From NCBI RefSeq assembly GCF_018350175.1, contig NC_058374.1, forward strand, positions 78,678,001-78,742,000: a stretch of 64,000 nt of DNA. Reading direction: 5' to 3'. Source of the DNA: Felis catus (lineage: Eukaryota). The translations under genes were made by a program, and so were the position numbers. Position 1 is the stretch's first letter; each line of letters opens with the position of its first letter. Shown one piece after another: positions 56,187 through 64,000 of the stretch. The notes below the pieces were generated by a model. It saw only the letters and a program-made list of their open reading frames with translations. It was not told the origin of the DNA and did no database searches.

Positions 56187-57882
56187 TGTCTGTGCTATTT
56201 TCTAGTACACACTGGCTTGGGTCCCCAAGGGGGAAAGGACAGCACGAGTGACCACTGACTGACCGCTGTGCTAAGTGCACTGTGCGGCCGTCTCATCTGA
56301 TTTTCTCCACACGCTCAGGCAGGGCTGTGATCGGGGCGTCTTCCTGCAGGGCTGACGGGGATGCTGCGGCTCAGGGATGGGCAGGTCACTTGCTCTTTGC
56401 CATTCTGTCTTTTTTTTTTTTTTTTTTTTTTGCTTCTCCCACATCCAACAAACTGCCACGCTCTTCTGATACCTTGTGGTCCTTTCCATGTCCTCTGCAC
56501 TCCCTCCAACGCGGTCTTCTTTCAGGCCGTGTTGTTTCTCATTTTGTTCACATGATAGCTTGCTAGCTGGATTTTCTGCCTCTTATCATGTTCCCACAAG
56601 CAGCTCTTCACCCTCCTTCTTAGTTGATCCCATTGTTCATGCAGTCACCTTCCTCCCACCCACCTACCCGTTCCTCACTGTCCAGCCCAACCCGCCTGCC
56701 ACCGAGAGTTGAAATTCTCTGCCACTGGCAGGGTGAGCGTCAACCCCTGGGTCCTGCCTGAGCTCCCTCCTGCCGCCCCCCTCATCACTCCGCAGGGGAC
56801 GCCCTGCCCTCCTGCCACACTCGGCCAGCTGAATGTCCTTCCATACTTTCGCACACACTGTCCCCTGGCTTTGGGCAACTCAAGGCTTGGTTCAGGGGTG
56901 TTTCCTTTAAAAGGAGCTCAGTATCTTTGCCCATGTCTATTACCACACTGTACTATAGATGCTTGACTTCCCACTGTGACCGGTAGGCTGTGGGCCACTG
57001 GACTGGGCAAGGACTGGCTTTTGCCCGGCTTGAGGTCACCAGCATCGAGCCCAACACATCAATGCCAGACACTTGATAAGCAACTGCTGAATGAATGGAT
57101 CAGTGGATGTGCTAAGACCAAGGACTCGCAGACGAGGGGGGTAGATGGGTATTCAGGGGCCACTCTGCTCCCCTACCCCCCAAACCACAGAACATCCACT
57201 TGCCAGACACAATCAGACATATTCAGATGCTAGGGAAAGGCTTGTTGCTGGAGACGGATGCCAGGCAGGGCAGCCTGGGCGGGCTGTGAACAAGGCTCAA
57301 TCCACGGCCACGTTCTCGGTTTTCAGGGGCTTCCCACGCTCCCAACCCTGCTGGTGTTCCAGCTGAAGAATCCGGCCAGGAATCGCCAACTCTCCTTTAG
57401 GAGCGGACATAGCAGAAGATTCAAGTTGAGATCCTCCCTTCTGGATTTTTTTAGGGGGGGCACTCTCATAATGTTGGTGATATCAGCAAGAAATCCAAGC
57501 GTCCTTAAGCTGGAGACAAAATGGAAAGACCATGTATGTAGTACCTTCAGGGCCCATAATAGAAGATCCCCAGTTTTCCTCTGGCGATTCACCCAGCATC
57601 CTACACCCACAGGCTCGCTCTACATATGCTGGGCGAGGCGGGGAATCACAAACGTTTATGAGAAACTTGGTCCCTGAATAACTATGTTGGGGGAAGCCAC
57701 CCTACCCACAAATCTACACCCTCAGCAGTGTTCCGTGAACAAGGAATAAACTCTTACTGCATTTGAGACATTCAGTGATATATGGGATGGAGTGAGGGTG
57801 CCGTGAGACCGGTCCACCCTGGCTGGAGGCCATAGGGGTACATTTTTTTTTTTTTTTGGTAGAGAATTTAAAAACAACAATA

Positions 57883-58095
57883 GGGGTGCCTGGGTGGCGC
57901 AGTCGGTTAAGCGTCCGACTTCAGCCAGGTCACGATCTCGCGGTCCGTGAGTTCGAGCCCCGCGTCGGGCTCTGGGCTGACGGCTCAGAGCCTGGAGCCT
58001 GTTTCCGATTCTGTGTCTCCCTCTCTCTCTGCCCCTCCCCCGTTCATGCTCTGTCTCTCTCTGTCTCAAAAAAAAAAAAAAGTTGAAAAAAAAAT
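57883..58095 (+). mobile_element. Young SINEC_Fc-type element
   Basis: TSD AAAAACAACAATA at 57870-57882 and 58096-58108. Confidence 0.93.
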
Positions 58096-58158
58096 AAAAA
58101 CAACAATAAAATGGACTAAAAATCGGTTAGCTTTTGTTATCACCCAGCAGGAGCAGTT

Positions 58159-58402
58159 CTTTTGTTTTTATTTTTTTATTAAAAAAAATTTTTTTTAGGT
58201 TTGTTTATTTTTGAGAGAGAGAGAGAGACAGAGCGTGAGCAGGGGAGGGGCAGAGAGAGAGAGGGAGACACAGAATCCAAAGCAGGCTCCAGGCTCTGAG
58301 CTGTTAGCACAGAGCCCGACATGGGACTTGAACTCACGAACCGCGAGATCATGACCTGAGCCAAAGTCGGATGGTTAACCGATGGAGCCACCCGGGCATC
58401 CC
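58159..58402 (-). mobile_element. Can-SINE, tail-to-tail with the previous one
   Basis: SINEC body in reverse. Confidence 0.9.
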
Positions 58403-59286
58403 AGTGACAAAGTACTCTTCCCCATCAGAGTGCACTGCCTCCCCACCTGCTCAGTGCACGCCCCCCCGCCACTCCCCGCCCCCCCCCATCGCTGGAGCCA
58501 TTATGCATTTTTTTTTTTTTTTTTTAACACAGTGAGCTTCCTTTACGATACAGGAATACAGGAACACATTTATCAATCCTGGGAGTTCTGCCTGCTTCAG
58601 AACGTAGGCCCTTGTGGAGAAAGAGGTCCCAGGTGCTTATCTTTGTGCCCTGTGACCCCGGCCACAAGATTAGCAAGATTAGGCCAGACATTTGTAGTTG
58701 AGTCACCAGAGATGCTGCTGGTCCCCGACCGGCGGGAAGCTTTCTGCCACGCCTTCCTGCACACTCTGGAGGGGCCTGCTTTGAAGGCGGGCCACATAAT
58801 TTCAATTCCAAAGACACCAAAGTGAGTTTTGCTTTTGTTTTTCCCACGCAGTGCTGGGACCGGAAGCAGCTCAGGCACCCACAGGTAAGCCGCGTGGCTG
58901 AGTGAGGAGCAGGCCCGAACCCACATGCCCACTGGTCCCCAGCTCCCTCCCTGTATCCCCCGAACCTGCCACGCCCGGGCCTCCCTCTCGCTCTCTCTGC
59001 TCAAAGCACACTGGCCTCCTTGCTCACACCAGGCCTGTTCCCACCTCTGGTCTTGGCACTGGCTCGTCCCCTCAGCTTCTCAAACTCTGTGCTCAATGGG
59101 GAGCAGGGCAGCCTGTTAAAATTGGACCCCATCTTTCTCCCACTTCTGTAGAGTCCCCCTTTCCTGTTCTGTTTTTCTTAGGACATTTACCACCATCAAA
59201 TATACAATCTATTCACATGCTAAGTTTATTGTCGATCTTTCCGCCTGGAATGGGAACCCACGAAAACATACATCTTTGTGTATTTT

Positions 59287-59493
59287 TTTTAATGTTTATT
59301 TATTTTTGAGACAGAGAGAGACAGAGCATGAACGGGGGAGGGGCAGAGAGAGAGGGAGACACAGAATTGGAAGCAGGCTCCAGGCTCTGAGCCATCAGCC
59401 CAGAGCCCGACGCGGGGCTCGAACCCACGAACCGTGAGATCGTGACCCGAGCTGAAGTCGGATGCTCAACCGACTGAGCCACCCAGGCGCCCC
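59287..59493 (-). mobile_element. Can-SINE (first of tandem pair)
   Basis: SINEC body; TSD A(T/G)CTTTGTGTATTTT. Confidence 0.93.
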
Positions 59494-59508
59494 AGCTTTG
59501 TGTATTTT

Positions 59509-59728
59509 TTTTTTAATTTTTTTTTCAACGTTTATTTATTTTTGGGACAGAGAGAGACAGAGCATGAACGGGGGAGGGGCAGAGAGAGAGGGAGACACAG
59601 AATCGGAAGCAGGCTCCAGGCTCTGAGCCATCAGCCCAGAGCCTGACGCGGGGCTCGAACTCCCGGACCGCGAGATCGTGACCTGGCTGAAGTCGGACGC
59701 TTAACCGACTGCGCCACCCAGGCACCCC
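59509..59728 (-). mobile_element. Young SINEC_Fc-type element (second of tandem pair)
   Basis: SINEC body; TSD AGCTTTGTGTATTTT. Confidence 0.93.
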
Positions 59729-60199
59729 AGCTTTGTGTATTTTATTCACTGAGGTATCCCCAGCTCATAGAAAGGTGCCTGGCACATAGTAGGTGCTCAA
59801 TAAGTCCTCGTTGAATGAAAAAAAGAAACAAATAGGGCCCAGTGTGAGACAGGCCCTTCCAGACCATCAGGTTTCTGCTTTGCTTTCCTCGGTCCTCCTG
59901 TCCCCCCACGGAGGAGCTCTCTCGGCTTCTGGCACACTCAGCTCCCCTTCCCACCTGCTAGGCTTAGCGTGGGAGCTGTGCTTCGGGGGCCACAAGAGCA
60001 AAAGGCTAGAGCAAGTTGTTTCTGCAGGAGCGCAGTTTGTGGGGTGTCTCCCCCGGCTCACCCCAGACTTGGTTCCCCCTTGGAGCTCTGTCCTCCAGAT
60101 TCAGAAACAGGTCCTCATCTCAGACCGGTGCTCCCTCTGGATTCATCCTTATACTCCTTACCTCGAGTGCGATTCTGTCCTCTGTGTCTTCCTGGTGTG

Positions 60200-60201
<2 letters not shown>

Positions 60202-60255
<54 letters not shown>

Positions 60256-60256
60256 G
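60202..60256. repeat. Compound (GT)n(GA)n microsatellite
   Basis: Direct reading. Confidence 0.95.
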
Positions 60257-61570
60257 TGCGGAAAGACCTTTCCCATTCTTTCTGGCTCTGTTTGGCTCTT
60301 TTCTTATGTCCCCGCCCCAAGCCTGTTCCCCCAAGAGGGAGTTCTGGAAGGTGACTCCTCGTTCTGGTCCTTGTGCACAGAGATTCTCTGTAATGAGAGC
60401 TTTACTCCAAGGACTGGGTTGCTGGGGGTTTGGGTATCATGATAGTCGGGGCTGCAGGCAGGGGTTTTCCCCTTTGGGTCCCATTTCCATCCTGCTGTTC
60501 TGGGGTGTCACAGGGAAAGCATCCTGTACGATCGGGGTGGGAGGCTGGGGGTGAGCAGTCTTGGCTGACGGCTCCGTTTTGCCAAGGACCTGAGGAACCG
60601 GGTATTTGTCTCGTCACCAGGCCTGCGGTGGTGGCTGTCCCTGGCACCTCTGCTTCTATTCTCTCTGCCACACGTCGCCATCTTCTAGGACCTGCCTCGG
60701 GTCTCGCCTCCTTGCGACATTCCACCTGCCATGAGTGGCCCTCCTCGGTCCTCAGCATTCCCTTTACACGATCACTTGTCTTTCCCCCTCTTGCCATGGA
60801 TCTTTCCTGCCTCTGTCTGGGGTCCCCATGAGACCCAGGTTCTTCAAGAGCGAGCTCTGTCCACCGAGCTTTGTTCCCCTCGGCATCTGAATTAGGGCCT
60901 CGCTCTGGTGGGGCCTCAGCTCTGGCCTGTGAATGGAGGCGCCTCCTCCAGGACAGCCCCCGGGCCTGGCGTACAGGAGGCTCAATCACTATTTGTGGAC
61001 CAGATGAGGAAGCTGTCCAGATACTGGCCATTCCTTCCTGGGTCCAGTCTATTCAATTCAAGCCGTGCTTCCCAGGGACCTGCTATGTGTCAGTTACCAT
61101 GAGGGCTATCAAAGTAGAGAAGACGTGCTTTCTGAATCAAGGAGGCTGTACCGACCCCAGTCACTCTACTGTCAGACAGAATGTAGGAAAAAGCAGGCGC
61201 AGGGAAGGCTTGAAGGGTTCACTCTACTTGTGCTCGCCCTGGAAAGATGAGCCAGGCATCCTTGCAGCCTTCGGGGGGAAAACACGTGATCTGCCTGCAA
61301 GGACGGGCCCGTGGGACCTTATGGGACATGGGACCCTTCGAGTCTCAGGAATGTGCTGGCCCAAGCCTCCACTTGCCCCTGTGGGATAATGATCCCAGGT
61401 GGACTCACAGGGTGGGAGGGGAATTAGGGGCCAAATAGATATGTCTAGGCCTGTGGGGTTGCAAAGGCAGGGGACAGGTTTATTGTGATGCAGGGTCTCC
61501 CTGAGATGCTCATTAAAGGAGACAAGTTTCAGCTTTCCTTCTCCGTCTGCCTAGCGGGAGATTCCCACGC

Positions 61571-61641
61571 TCATAAATAGCTTTAATAACTTTCTCCTGC
61601 CTTTTATGTTGTTGGGAGGCCCGTCGTCTGCCCGATAAAAA
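61571..61641 (+). promoter_or_regulatory. KRT89-like promoter: TCATAAA and TTTTATG Hox13-type motifs and GATAAAAA TATA-variant (61634-61641)
   Basis: AT-rich motifs 80-150 bp before the ATG, similar to the paralogous promoters. Confidence 0.5.
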
Positions 61642-61717
61642 GGCAGGGGCACGGACAGGTCTCCAGTGTGAGACCTGTGCGCTTCGGGCCTCTCCATTTT
61701 CCCTGCACTGCGGAGGC

Positions 61718-62140
61718 ATGGCCAGCCGTCCCCACCGCATCCGCTCCGGCTATGGGGTCAGGAACTTCAGCTCCTGCTCTGCCGTCCTGCCCAAGCCGTC
61801 GGCCCACAGCTGCTCCAGTGCCATGGCCTACCGCGGGGGCAGTCCTGGGGGGCCCGGCTACAGGCGCCTCGGGGGCTTTGGCAGCCGGAGCCTGTGCGCA
61901 GTGGGGTCCCCGCGGATGGCGGTGAGCTGTGGATGGCCCCTGCGCAGCGGGGGCAGCTTTGGCTACCGCGTAGGGGGCCTTTGTGGGCCCAGCCCGCCCT
62001 GCATCACCAGCGTGTCGGTCAACGAGAGCCTCCTCACGCCCCTCAACCTGGAGCTTGACCCGAATGCACAGTGCGTCAAGCACCAGGAGAAGGAGCAGAT
62101 CAAGTGTCTCAACAACAAGTTTGCTGCCTTCATTGACAAG
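61718..62140 (+). CDS. KRT89: Exon 1 of a KRT85-related type II hair keratin; KRT89-like by position and strand; remainder beyond window
   Basis: ATG 61718, 423-bp open exon ending FAAFIDK|GTGGGT. Head ([22 protein letters not shown]) resembles KRT85 but is clearly diverged, and the gene lies on the opposite strand to KRT83. Symbol inferred from synteny. Confidence 0.65.
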
Positions 62141-62961
62141 GTGGGTCTGTGGGCTGCTCCCTGGGGCTGTGGCACAGGAAGGGGCGAGGGACTTGGAACC
62201 CAATGACCAGCCGTCTTCACGTTCTCTGAGTCCCAGGCCTGCAACCCATCAGCACGTGGCCTTGGGAGCATGACTGAATCGGGCTCTTGGTTTTCAAATG
62301 CTACCAGGAGAGTCAAACGCAACGACGAATGTGAAACCAGACAGAACGGGAAGTTTATTGAGGCGGCTTCCCTGCCCAGCAAGAGCTGCGTGTGTGTCCG
62401 TGGCCCCATCTTCGGGATCTCAGCCATCACCCTGTGAGGTGGGGGGTGGGTGGGGTGGGATGTCTGCTTAGGTTTGTGTGGAGGTGCCGCCCTCCCCAGG
62501 GTGAAAGGATCCAGGATGAGGAGGGGCCAGAAGCTCCTTTCCTGCTCCTTCTAGTAGGGAGGCTGTGAGTTCCCGGGATTTCTGCCCCAGGCGCTTTTCC
62601 CCACCCAACGTTACACAGATTAAACACAGAGAGTTGAGAAACTTAAGGGGGCAGCCCCTGGAGGGGCTGTTGAATTGCACTCTTCAGATGCTGGGGTCTC
62701 TGAGCCCACCTTCTGGTTGGATGCATAGCTCTGGTGTCCTCTAACTCAGTGGCACCCCCTCGGCGAGCCTCTCTGGGGGAGGACAGCCTCTGAAGTCCAG
62801 GAGAGGAAAGGGTCCCCTTCTAGGGCTGAGTGCTGTGCACATCTACACCAAGGGTCTTTGTAAGCGGACACACACAAGAGTGACGGTGCATGGAGGCCTT
62901 GCTCTCTGATAAGAGCCACCATCAGAAATAGGCATCTCTGCACGCGAAGGTGCTGTCCATT

Positions 62962-63159
62962 ATTCTTTTTCTTTTTTAGTGTTCGTTAATTTTTGAGAGA
63001 GCGCCAGCAGGGGAGGGGCAGAGAGAGAAGGGGACAGAGAATCTGAAGCGGGCCCTGCGCTGTCAGCAGCGCCCCGGCGCAGGGCTCGAACTCACGAACC
63101 ATGCGATCATGACCTGAGCTGGAGTCAGATGCTCAACCGACTGAGCCACCGGGCGCCCC
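62962..63159 (-). mobile_element. Can-SINE in KRT89-like intron 1
   Basis: SINEC body in reverse. Confidence 0.88.
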
Positions 63160-63764
63160 TGGACACCTACCTACTCTTCACATGCTGCTGGCTCGTCTCT
63201 TCCGCCAGCACATCGTGTGGGTCATTCATTATGCAAGGACACCCACCAAGGGCGGTGGGATGAGGTTGAAATCCAGCCCATGCTCGGCTCACCGGGCTGT
63301 ATGCCCTGGAAGGAGGCTGTGTCTGCCTGGAGTGGCCCCTCTGCCTAATTTGCTTGAAAGCACAGTAAGGTCCCCGAACATGCAAGGACCTTTGCATGTA
63401 GCCTTTTGGACAGCACGCAGGTATGCAGTCTCTGTGTGAGCAGTCAGTTCCGGTCCGAGATCCAGATTCTTGCCTGAAATTATTCAGTTATTAAACGTCG
63501 GCAACAAATCAGATTTCTATGACACAGTTTGCGGGCCAAGTAAAACATGCCTGCAGGGCAGAAAGAGCCTGGGGCCTGCCAGGGGACATTGCTGATGCAT
63601 TTCCACTGCCTCGGTTTACAATGAGGCTCCGGGAGAGTGGGGCACAGGGGCCCGGTTGGTGGCAGAGTCAGGCAGGGGAAGGTGTCCGCATTCCCCGTCC
63701 AGGGTCCCTGGGATGGGCTCTCCTGCCCCAGGATCAGAGTGAGGGAGAGTCGTGGTGGGTGTGT

Positions 63765-64000
63765 TTTTAAATCACTGGCATAAAAATGCCCACAAACTTA
63801 GTGGCTTAAAACAATACAAATTTCTTATCTCATGAGGTCAAAACCAAGGTGTTGGCATAGCTGCATTTCTCTCTGGAGGCCCTAGGGGAGACCTGTTTTC
63901 AGGGACATGCACGCTTTTGGCAGAATTGCGTTCTGTGTGATGGTAGGACTGAGGTCCCTGTTCCCTTGCTGGCTGGCTGGCTGGAGCTCCTTCTCAGTTT
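63765..64000. mobile_element. MLT1-like MaLR LTR, truncated by window end
   Basis: cacaaacttagtggcttaaaacaatacaaattt...aaggtgttggca...ggactgaggtccctgtt. Confidence 0.7.

Noticed and set aside
61718-62140. Calling the last gene KRT85
   Set aside because: The head is too diverged (no [17 protein letters not shown]), and KRT85 is co-oriented with KRT83 in the human cluster.

Overview
Mammalian genomic DNA. The abundant tRNA-derived Can-SINEs of the SINEC_Fc type point to a felid. The window covers the hair (trichocyte) part of the type II keratin cluster, with five keratin genes in strictly alternating orientation. (1) The last four exons of a divergent, open-frame keratin, KRT88-like by position (+). 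(2) KRT81 (-, 9 exons, ~507 aa). (3) KRT86 (+, ~479 aa). (4) KRT83 (-, ~493 aa). (5) Exon 1 of a KRT85-related gene, KRT89-like by position (+). KRT81 and KRT86 form a ~4.06-kb-arm inverted repeat around a 9.3-kb spacer, homogenised through introns 1-6. KRT81, KRT83, KRT86 and even the KRT89-like gene show patchwork gene-conversion tracts. Four N-gaps fall in sequence shared between the paralogues, including the helix-termination exon of all three hair keratins. Other notable items: the KRT88-like gene looks chimeric (hair-type exon 6 and tail, KRT7/KRT8-type 3' exon 7, prolines in coil 2B); a TATA-preceded 405-codon antisense ORF inside KRT83; two tandem SINE pairs with triplicated target sites; a ~63-bp micro-inversion inside a MER20; and a degenerate HK-1/LEF1 site in the KRT86 promoter. 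Gene symbols and repeat family names come from recall of consensus sequences and synteny, not from database searches.
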